From assembly GCA_965223905.1 (NCBI GenBank), contig CBDCXV010000011.1, forward strand, positions 1,088,001 through 1,152,000: 64,000 nt of DNA, in the 5' to 3' direction. Below the pieces are notes generated by a model. It was given only the letters and a program-made list of their open reading frames with translations, did no database searches and was not told the DNA's origin. This document shows positions 1 to 8,325 of this stretch, piece after piece. The translations under genes were made by a program, and so were the position numbers. The stretch is from Candidatus Latescibacterota bacterium (GTDB taxonomy: Bacteria; Latescibacterota; UBA2968; UBA8231). Every line of letters starts with the position of its first letter. Within the stretch, counting starts at the first letter, position 1.

Positions 1-274
1 GAAACGGCTCGGCGCTGTCCTCGGGCGGGGCGTCGTAGCCGAAGAAGGCCGACAGGTTGACGACCCCCTCCATCCCCTCCAGGGCGCGGTCGACGTCATG
101 GAAGTCGGCGACGTCGCCGTAGACCTTCTCCCCTTCCCAGTCCCCGTCGAAGCGCCGGTACACCTCCCAGGCCTCGGGGCCGAAGTCGAAGGCGCGCACC
201 TCGTGGCGGCCGGCGAAGTTCTCCAGCACTGCCCCGCCCACCCATCCGGCAGCGCCGATTACGGCTACTTTCAC
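1..274 (-). CDS. NAD-dependent epimerase/dehydratase family protein (5' part; runs off window)
   Basis: Manual translation from GTG 274 after GAGGAGGAG: MKVAVIGAAGWVGGAVLENFAGRHEVRAFD...VYGDVADFHDVDRALEGMEGVVNLSA, with a Rossmann GxxGxxG motif. Not in the ORF track. Confidence 0.85.
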   Translation of the reverse strand, partial: MKVAVIGAAGWVGGAVLENFAGRHEVRAFDFGPEAWEVYRRFDGDWEGEKVYGDVADFHDVDRALEGMEGVVNLSAFFGYDAPPEDSAEPF

Positions 275-399
275 AGCTCCTCCTCGATCTTTTTTGCGGT
301 GAAGATTTCGGGTTGAATCCGGTTGTATTCAGCGGTGCCGGCTCGGCTCGTCGCCCATGTCGGGGACTGCGCCGGCTCGACCCGGTAAGGGAACATGCC

Positions 400-801
400 A
401 TGCAGGAATACAAGGTAACCAACCTCACTCCTGGTTTGCTGCTGGCCGCACTTGCCATGCTGTCGGGCTGTCCGGGGTCTCCGTCCCGTTCGCTCACCCC
501 TCCTGGGGAGCCCCCTGCCCGACAGGAAGCACCCTGACCGTACAGGTTCCGGAGGGTTCGGGGTTGATCGCCGAAGCAGGCAGCATCTACGGTCAACAGG
601 GTACCGGAGTCGATCAGGGCAGATTGGGAACTCGCCGAAAGGAATTTCGACACGGATGCCATGATGGCATCCCTCGGGTCCCATGACGGTCGCTACATCT
701 CCTCCCCAGTTACGGACATCCATCGGTTTATCCTGCCGCTCAGCGTCGTACTGAGGCTCGAAATCGCCGCAAACGACGATACCCTTAGCCCCCTGCCCTG
801 A
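400..801 (+). pseudogene. Possible degenerate lipoprotein gene
   Basis: ATG 400 gives a lipoprotein-like signal (LLLAALAMLSGC) that stops at 537. Protein-like text continues in another frame (STLTVQVPEGSGLIAEAGSIYG). GC is lower than the flanks and the 3' boundary is uncertain. Confidence 0.3.
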
Positions 802-833
802 ATCGCGGGCCGCAGCGATAGACCTCGGCAGGT

Positions 834-1622
834 TCAGCCATCCGACCTGCAGGGCTCGAAACCCAGCTCGACCAGCCTCGAGATCATCCGCCGGATGCGC
901 GGGCGCTTGCTGTTCAGCGTCGCTTCGGTCGGCCGCACGCTCCACCGGGTCCTGTCGTGGATGTCCCTCACTTCCGCGACCTGGGCATCCGTCCGGGGGT
1001 TGCTGAAGAAGTTGATGGCGTGCTGATGGCGGCCGGGCCTGCCGCCGAATGCCCCGTGGAGCACGCATTCGGTGAAGACGACGATGTCACCGGGCTCCAC
1101 TTCGAGGGGGACGCTGGGAATCTCCTCCGGAGCGAGCCCGAAGGGCCTGGAACCGGGGTCCGTGGCGGTCTGGCGCAGGGGCGCCAGCGGATCCGGATCG
1201 CAGGGGATGTGGGATCCTGGCACGACGCGCAGACAGCCACTGCCGCGGGTCAGCGGTTCGGGGTAGAAGCCGATCTTGATCCAGCGCAGGCCGCTGCGGA
1301 AACGGTCTCCCGCATGCCACGGCGTCGGCTCGACGCGCAGCCTGCCCTCCGTCTGATCGAGAACGAAGTCGGGACCGAGCAGATCGACCCCGATGCCGTA
1401 GATGCGGTCGTCGTCGAGCAGACTGAACAGGAACGGCCGCCGCTCGAAGAAAGGCTGGACGTACTCAGTCGTCTCTCCCGAAAACGCCCGCCCGCCCCGG
1501 TCCTCGTCGAAAACCTCCTCCGCTTCGCGCTTCAGGGTCGCCGCCTCCCCGGGGTCGAGGAGCCTGGGCAACAGGAGGAACCCGAAGGCTTCGAAGTGGG
1601 CTATCTGTTCCGGTGACAGCAC
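834..1622 (-). CDS. Phytanoyl-CoA dioxygenase (PhyH) family Fe(II)/2OG enzyme
   Basis: MLSPEQIAHFEAFGFL start, WHAGD, GCLRVVPGSH, PGDIVVF...LHGA. Confidence 0.9.
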   Translation of the reverse strand: MLSPEQIAHFEAFGFLLLPRLLDPGEAATLKREAEEVFDEDRGGRAFSGETTEYVQPFFERRPFLFSLLDDDRIYGIGVDLLGPDFVLDQTEGRLRVEPTPWHAGDRFRSGLRWIKIGFYPEPLTRGSGCLRVVPGSHIPCDPDPLAPLRQTATDPGSRPFGLAPEEIPSVPLEVEPGDIVVFTECVLHGAFGGRPGRHQHAINFFSNPRTDAQVAEVRDIHDRTRWSVRPTEATLNSKRPRIRRMISRLVELGFEPCRSDG

Positions 1623-1686
1623 CTCGGCTCTCTCCTTGCTGTGAAATGAAGCCTGCCGGCAGGAGCTCGCTTGCCGGCGCCGGCAT

Positions 1687-3272
1687 TCATGGTACCGCCT
1701 GCCCCGCCATCACCCCCGTGCAGCGCTCCCCGTCGACGGCGACCTGCCCGTTGACCAGCACGAAGGGGATGCCCACGGGGTACTGCTTCGGGTCCTCGTA
1801 GGTGGCGGTGTCGATGACGCGGTCCGGATCGAACAGGACGACGTCGGCGAAACAGCCTTTCTCCAGACGCCCCCGCGAGCGGATACCGAACCGGCGCGCC
1901 GGGTTGTCGGTCATGCGCTGTATCATCTGCTCGAGGCTGAGGACCCCGAAGCGACGTCGCAGGCGGCCGAGGAAGCGGGGGTAGGCTCCGTAACAACGCG
2001 GGTGGGGCATGCTCCCTGTGGGGGTGATGTCGCTGCAGGCCATGTAGTCGGGACGGGAAAGCAGCTCGAGCGAATCGCGGCTGACCTGCCTCCAGAGGCC
2101 GGTGTTCACCGGCGGCGCGGACAGGTAGCCAATCTTCAGCTCCTCCTCCAGCAGCAGTTGGCACATCGCCTCCCCCAGCGGCAGGCCGCGGTCGCCGGCG
2201 ACATCGGTCAGGGTCATACCCTCCAGCCCGGGGTTCTTCGGCAGAGAGGTGAACACGACCTCATCGAGGGGTTCGTACTCCTCCTCGAGAAACCGGGCTA
2301 TGCGCGCCCGCTCCGCCGGATCGGCGAGCCTCCGGAGAATGGCGTCCGGCCCCCCCCTTCCTGGGCGAACCCCGGGAGGGAGGCGACGCAGATGCTGCTG
2401 CCGGCGGGGTAGGGATAGATGTCCAGGCTGCAGTCGACTCCTTCTCCTTCCGCCTTCGCCCGGTCGATGGGCCCCAGCAGGGTCTCCACCTGTCCGGCGT
2501 TGTGGGCCCCTGTCCTGAAGTGGGCGAAATGGACCTTGACCCCGGTTTCCCGGCCGATGTGTAGCGCCTCCTCGACGCCGTCGCCCCCCCAGGCGCGGTC
2601 GAGCTCGACCTTTCTCGGCTCGACCACGTAGACGCTGCCGGCATCGGCAACCGTGCGGCACAGGTCGAGGAACTCGGCGGTGTCTCCCCAGGGACTGGGA
2701 TAGTAGCTGGCTCCCGTCGAAAAGCCGACGGCCCCCTCCTCGAGGCCTTGCGCTACCATGCGCCTGGCCTCCTTGGCGTCGTCGCCGGTCAGGGGCACGT
2801 CGCGGAACCCGAGGAGCTCGAGACGGATGGCCCCGTGCGGCACGAGATAGGCGGTGTTGATGGCGACCCGGCGATGGTAATGGCTGCGGAAAGCGGCGAC
2901 CGAATCCATCGCCAGGCCGGGGATCGGTTCCCCGAGCAGGCCGGCAAGCCAGCGCCGGTAGGTGAGATGGTTGGCCGCCGACAGGGGCGCGAAGGACATT
3001 CCGTCGAGGCCCATGACCTCGGTGGTGATCCCTTGGCGCAGTCCGTTGGCGTGCTGCGGGTCGGCGAGCAGGTCCCCCTCGGAGTGGGTGTGGGTGTCGA
3101 TGAAGCCGGGCGCCACCGCCAGGCCGCGGGCATCGATGGCGCGCGCCGCCTCGGCCTCGGCGAGATCGCCGACCTCCTCGATGCGCTCGCCGCGGATGCC
3201 TATGTCGGCGAGCCGGCCGGGAGCCCCGGTTCCGTCGTACACGGTACCGCCGCGGATGACGATGTCGAACAT
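1687..3272 (-). CDS. N-acyl-D-amino-acid deacylase family amidohydrolase, frameshifted at the C8 run 2350-2357
   Basis: ORF 2298-3272 has MFDIVIRGGTVYDGTG and PGFIDTHTH. The C-terminal half in ORF 1687-2661 has SD...PHPRCYGAYPRFLG and ADVVLFDP. The halves join at EGG|PDAILRRL. Confidence 0.85.
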
Positions 3273-3330
3273 GCAGCCCTCCTGGAAATTCCCTACCGCC
3301 GGTTTTCCGGCACAGGCGAGTACGCCGTCC

Positions 3331-4217
3331 TCACGATGCGATCCTCTCGATCTCCCACTTGCCGTTCCTGACCACCGCCCTCGCCCCCCGCTGCTCCGGC
3401 TCCATGGCGGCGAACCTGCGCAGGCTCTTCAACCAGGCCGCCCGCCGCGGGTGCTTTCCGGCATCCGCCGCCCATTCCTCCGGCATGCCCGGAGGGTTCC
3501 AGGGGTCCGCGGAGTTGTCCCGCCGGCCCAGGTGACCGCGGGCATTGAGGATCGTCAACTCGACCTCGGCGGGCTTGCGGGGATAGTGGTAGTAGGTGAA
3601 AGAGCACATGCGCCGGCCCCGGGCGCCCCCCTTGCTGGCGTGGTAGGTACGCAGGTCGAAGGGTCCCCCGGGTCGGAATCGCAGACGACGCAGGGAACGG
3701 CGCCGATCCCGGCCAGGGCGGCCTGCCGCTCCTGCGGGGTCGCCGCGGCGCGGCTGAAGCGGGGGCCGATCGGGTCGACCGCGGCGACCCTGTCGTGGAA
3801 GGGGCGCAGGTGGCTGCCCGGGATCAGGCGCAGGGCCCCGGTATCGGCCCGCACCGGATCGAGGTAGATCGCGAACTTTATGCCGTAGGCCTCGTACCCA
3901 CCGGCGTCGTAGTGCCAGACCGTATACCCGGCGTAGTGGTGCAGGAGGGGGTTGGCGCAGATGAGCCGGCCGAAGAGCTGCTCGCCGACGCCGGCGAGAC
4001 GGTCGTCCTCGAACAGGCTGGCGGTGAACGGAGTGGAGGGGACCAGGCCGCTCATGTCGCGGGACTGGCCCTCGGCGAGAGGCACGAGGCGCGCCGATTC
4101 GGCTACGCGGGTGGCATGCTCCCTTCGCAGCAGGTCCACCTCGGCGGGGCTGAGCGCGTTCCTGAAGACGAGGAAACCGAAGGTGTTGAAGCGGCGGACC
4201 TGCTCCTCCGTCAACAT
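3331..4217 (-). CDS. PhyH family dioxygenase, frameshifted near 3660-3670
   Basis: MLTEEQVRRFNTFGFL, WHYD, GALRLIPGSH, DSDPGD, then a frame change to FDLRTYHASKGG...CSFTYY. About three residues appear to be missing at the junction. Confidence 0.8.
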
Positions 4218-4372
4218 CGGTGGATCTCCTTTCCGTCGCATCCGGGGATCTGGCCGAAGCCCGGGGCATTCCCGGTAGAATCGGGGGTTCCATGGCCCCT
4301 TGGCAGCCGACTATATTGCAATGCCGGTTTGCCTGCAATCTTTTTGCGGACATCACTCGAAGAGGTGAAAAT

Positions 4373-5914
4373 ATGCGCGATTCGATCACCGGAGCGGCCG
4401 CTTTTCCACGCCGCCCGGAAGGGTACAGTCCGAACCAGCGGCCCAGGCGCTGCCCGGCCGGGATCCTGCGCTGCCTGGCGGTTTCCCTCCTGCTCCTGTC
4501 GGTGTCTTCCGCGGAGGAGCCGGAGTACCCGAGGAAGTCGGGAGAGGACGTCGGCTCCTGGCTCGACGAGATCACCGGGAACATACCGCCCCTCCGGCAC
4601 GACCGCGGCGATCGCTGGCCGCTGATCCTGTGGGAAGGGGTGGGGTTCGATCCCCTCGCTCCCGAGGTCCACGCGGCCCTGCTCGAGCGCGGAATCGTCC
4701 AGCACGTCCGCATCGATACGGCGATGATCGCGACGGCGAAGGCGATCCAGAAAGCGGGCGGCCCCGTTATCCTGATGGAGGGTCGCGGCGGGACCTGGTC
4801 GTACGAGCTGGGCGGCGACGAGAGCGAGTGGGCGCATCGATTCGACGACGGGTACACCCCCTCCGGAAGGGTGCGTGCCTGTCCCCACCGGTATGCCGGT
4901 TTCGCCGTGCAGGCGGAGAGGGTGCGGGGAATCATGCGCGCCTATGCCGAGGCCGGGGTCACCGTGGACGCGGTCTGGGCGGACTGGGAGGGAGACCCGT
5001 ACGTCGGCAGCGCCGCCGGAGACCGCTACGAGCAGGCCAGCCACTGCACGCGCTGCCGCGCCGAGCTGCCCGCGGAGATCATCGGCGACGAGAAGAGCTT
5101 CCTCGACTACTGCTGGCGGCTCTACTCGCAGCTCTGGGGCGCCTGCCTCGCCCTGCCGGTGCTCGAGCGGTTCCCCCGGTGTGCGGTCACCAACTGGATG
5201 ATCCTCTACTCGACCCCGGAGCGCACCGTCCGCCACTGGACCGACCGGGTCCTCGTCCCCAACATCCCGCCAGCGTTCACGGCGACCAACCCGGTGGCCT
5301 ACGGCAACGACAAGTTCTTCCGCGCCGCCTGGCGCGAGGAGTTCACCCTCGACCGCGAGCACGTCGACCAGCTCTACATGCACCTGCTGCTGCGCATGGT
5401 ATCGGACGACGCGGAGAACCGGCGGCACTTCGGGCCCCACGTGAAGAGCTTTCCCTGGGTGGACCGGTGGTGTCCGGACGTCGACGACCCGCAGATCCCG
5501 ATGATGAGCCGGCCGGCCTACCGCGAGGCCCTGCGGCACATGTGGCTGCGCGGGGTCGACGGCATGCAGATCTTCCAGCCGCGGCGTCCGGAATACGGCG
5601 ACATCGTCAGGGCCGAGGTGGAGGACGCGGTCGCGGTGTACGACGAGATGCTCGCCTACCGCGAGTTCCTCGACCGCGGGGAGGTGCTCAACACCGAGGT
5701 ACCGGAGGTTCAGGACGGCGGCGTGCTCTGGTCCGGGCTCAGGGTGGGAGACCGGGCGCTGGTGCGCCTCTGCCGGCAGAGCTCCGGGGAGGGAACTTTC
5801 GAGATCGAGCCCTGGCCGGGAGCCGCGGCCGCTCTCGCCGCCGGCCCCGAGGGGCGGACCTTCCTGCTGGAGCGGACGGCCGCGGGGGTCCTGTCGGAGG
5901 AGATGCCCAGGTAA
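4373..5914 (+). CDS. Secreted hypothetical protein
   Basis: ATG 4373 after GAGGTG. Hydrophobic signal LAVSLLLLSVSSAEE, GC3-rich codon usage, no recognised family. Confidence 0.7.
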   Translation: MRDSITGAAAFPRRPEGYSPNQRPRRCPAGILRCLAVSLLLLSVSSAEEPEYPRKSGEDVGSWLDEITGNIPPLRHDRGDRWPLILWEGVGFDPLAPEVHAALLERGIVQHVRIDTAMIATAKAIQKAGGPVILMEGRGGTWSYELGGDESEWAHRFDDGYTPSGRVRACPHRYAGFAVQAERVRGIMRAYAEAGVTVDAVWADWEGDPYVGSAAGDRYEQASHCTRCRAELPAEIIGDEKSFLDYCWRLYSQLWGACLALPVLERFPRCAVTNWMILYSTPERTVRHWTDRVLVPNIPPAFTATNPVAYGNDKFFRAAWREEFTLDREHVDQLYMHLLLRMVSDDAENRRHFGPHVKSFPWVDRWCPDVDDPQIPMMSRPAYREALRHMWLRGVDGMQIFQPRRPEYGDIVRAEVEDAVAVYDEMLAYREFLDRGEVLNTEVPEVQDGGVLWSGLRVGDRALVRLCRQSSGEGTFEIEPWPGAAAALAAGPEGRTFLLERTAAGVLSEEMPR

Positions 5915-6064
5915 CCTGCACCCGAGGTGCGAACTACCGACAGAGCCGTGAGGCAGGGAGCAACGCTACAGCGGAAGTGAACTCTGCCGAGATGGGGAAG
6001 GTTACGGGCAGGGCAGGACGGCAGCCACGGTGCCGGGTCAGCCCCGGACCTTGAGCTCCCGGGG

Positions 6065-8311
6065 TCAGTAGGCGACGGAGACGGGAATCGCCCGCTCCTT
6101 GTCGCCGGCATCCCCGTCGACGAGAATCCGCGCCAGGTACAGGCCGGGAGGCACCACCTGGCCGGCGTCGTCGGTCCCGTCCCAGGGGATCTCGTAGACG
6201 CCGCTGATGCCGGCCTCGTCATGCAGCCGCCGCACCCGGCGGCCCCCGAGATCGAACAGATCGACCTGCACGTCGCGGAGGGCGTCCACCTTCAGGAGGA
6301 TGAACCGCACCACCGCCTCGTCGTTGACGGCGTCGCCGTTGGGCGTGAAGACGCCGGGAGCGATCCCGAGGTCCTTGATCAGGCGATCGGACTCGGAGAA
6401 GGCGGGAAGCTGCACGGTCAGCAACCCGGGGGCCTTGACCCGGACCCGCTGCCAGGGGCTTTCCCCGTTGGCCACCGCCCCCTCGAAGAGGGTGTTGTCG
6501 CGCTCGAGACGGGTTTTGAAGGAGGCTTCAACCGCAAACCGGGTCGGCGTCTCCATCTCGATCACCACCGAATCGGGAAGGTTCGCGATCACCTGCGACG
6601 GCACCGGGGAGCCGTCGATCCGGACCTCGACCGAGTCTACCACGTCCGGCGCCCGGATAAGTATGCGGTCGAACCCCGGATCGCCGAAGCTGCTTTGCGG
6701 CTGCAGGAAACAGGTGAACCGGGTCAGCGAGTCCGGGCGGGTGACGCGCGGCTCTATGCGTCCGAAGATCGCCTTGACCAGGGGATCGGCCTGCCGCAGG
6801 ATGACGCTCTCGAGACCCGCGGCCACGCCGGGGTCGTCCGACTCCAGCCTGACCTCCAGCTGGACGAAGTCGGTCGGCGACGGCGAGGGAAACGGCTGTC
6901 CGGCCACCGGTGTCAACGGGGTCCAGCCGCTCCACTCCTCTTCGATGGGCAGCCGCTTCGTCGTCACCGGGCCCTTGAACGACTTCGGCAGGGAATTCCA
7001 TTTATCCTCGGTCACCACCTTCCCCTTGTTGTCCTTGAAGATCGAGGTGTCGATCACCGCGTCGCCGCTGCGGCTGCGCATGAGGACCCGGGTTCCCGGG
7101 GGCGTATCGGCCACCCAGTCGAGCGCGGTCACGTAGCCGCCCCCGGTGGCGATCACCTCCGAGGTCAGGGTCACCGCGGGCAGGAAGCCCTCGCCGAAGA
7201 GCATGAACTCGCTGAAGAAGGCGCCGCTGACGTGCGCCCCGGTACCGTGGAACTGGTACCAGAAGACGTAGCGGGCTTTTGCCGGGGGATCCAGGGTGAA
7301 GTCGTTGTGCCGCGGCCAGCGGTCCTTGTTGTCGTGGTCGACGACCTGCTGCCACTCGAGATTGCGGCCTTCGACCTGCCACTCCTCGGTTCGGGTCAGG
7401 ATGCTCTCCGTGCCGTCGGAGAAGTGGATCTGGTACCCCGGCATGCCGCTGAGAATGTCGAGGAACAGGTGTTCGATCCAGAACGAGGTTCCGAGATCGA
7501 GGCGGATCCAGTTGCCGGAGGAGATCCAGTCGTTGCCGAAGCGGGAGAGCTGGACCTGGGAGGTGACGACGCCGTCGAAGATCACCTTGGCCCCGGTGTT
7601 CTTTCCGGTCAGGACGCTGCCGCCCCGTTCGAGCGTGCCCATGGCAATGTTGTCGCCGACGGTCCAGACCTCGGCCTCGGCGAGGCTCGCCCCCTCGACC
7701 TTCTTGTCGAATACCACCTTGGCCATCTGGATCGGCCTGCCCAGCAGGATCTCCCCTCTCTCATTTGTCCAGGGGAGCGGGATCTCGACGATCTGCTCCT
7801 CGTTTCTGGCCACCGTCTGGTGCACCAACCGGTATTCCGGGAGCTTCGTCGCCGGCCTCGTCGCCCCGTCGGAAACGTACACCTTGAAGTCCCCGAAGGG
7901 GGGGCCGTCGGCTCCGAAGACCAGGCGCAGCTTCTTCGCCAGTACTTCGCGCCCCGTGTCGAGCTCGATCCACCAGGAGTCGACCGGGTCGTCCATTCCG
8001 GGGAGCCAGGCCGTGGCGGTGTCGCCGTCGATGGCCAGTGCCGCGCTGGCCTCGCTGGTGCCGACGGTGCGGATACCCCCCGTTCCCGCCAGGCGGCCGA
8101 GGTACTCGAACTCCGGGGCATCGAGCATGGCGTTGATGTCCTTGCGGATCGAGTCGGGACGGATGAGGCCGTCCTCCCCGAACCTGACCGCCCCGCCGGG
8201 ATGGGTCCAGCCCGTCTCGGGGTCGAGGATTTCCCCGGCAAGGATGACCAGGTCCCTGGCAGCACTTGCCGGAAGCGCCAATCCGGCCAGCAGAATAATG
8301 AGTGCGATCAT
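6065..8311 (-). CDS. Secreted protein with discoidin/galactose-binding-like domains and C-terminal FlgD-Ig/T9SS-CTD-like domain (paralogue 3)
   Basis: Start moved to ATG 8311 (signal MIALIILLAGLALPASA). AIDGDTATAW...WIELDTG is F5/8-like. C-terminus FTPNGDAVND...FDLGGRRVRRL...WDGTDDAGQVVPPGLY...VSVAY. Confidence 0.85.
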   Translation of the reverse strand: MIALIILLAGLALPASAARDLVILAGEILDPETGWTHPGGAVRFGEDGLIRPDSIRKDINAMLDAPEFEYLGRLAGTGGIRTVGTSEASAALAIDGDTATAWLPGMDDPVDSWWIELDTGREVLAKKLRLVFGADGPPFGDFKVYVSDGATRPATKLPEYRLVHQTVARNEEQIVEIPLPWTNERGEILLGRPIQMAKVVFDKKVEGASLAEAEVWTVGDNIAMGTLERGGSVLTGKNTGAKVIFDGVVTSQVQLSRFGNDWISSGNWIRLDLGTSFWIEHLFLDILSGMPGYQIHFSDGTESILTRTEEWQVEGRNLEWQQVVDHDNKDRWPRHNDFTLDPPAKARYVFWYQFHGTGAHVSGAFFSEFMLFGEGFLPAVTLTSEVIATGGGYVTALDWVADTPPGTRVLMRSRSGDAVIDTSIFKDNKGKVVTEDKWNSLPKSFKGPVTTKRLPIEEEWSGWTPLTPVAGQPFPSPSPTDFVQLEVRLESDDPGVAAGLESVILRQADPLVKAIFGRIEPRVTRPDSLTRFTCFLQPQSSFGDPGFDRILIRAPDVVDSVEVRIDGSPVPSQVIANLPDSVVIEMETPTRFAVEASFKTRLERDNTLFEGAVANGESPWQRVRVKAPGLLTVQLPAFSESDRLIKDLGIAPGVFTPNGDAVNDEAVVRFILLKVDALRDVQVDLFDLGGRRVRRLHDEAGISGVYEIPWDGTDDAGQVVPPGLYLARILVDGDAGDKERAIPVSVAY

Positions 8312-8325
8312 GGCCCTGCTTCCCG

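Noticed and set aside
1651-1665. CCTGCCGGCAGG palindrome as a REP element
   Set aside because: Only 12 bp and a single copy; expected by chance at this GC content.
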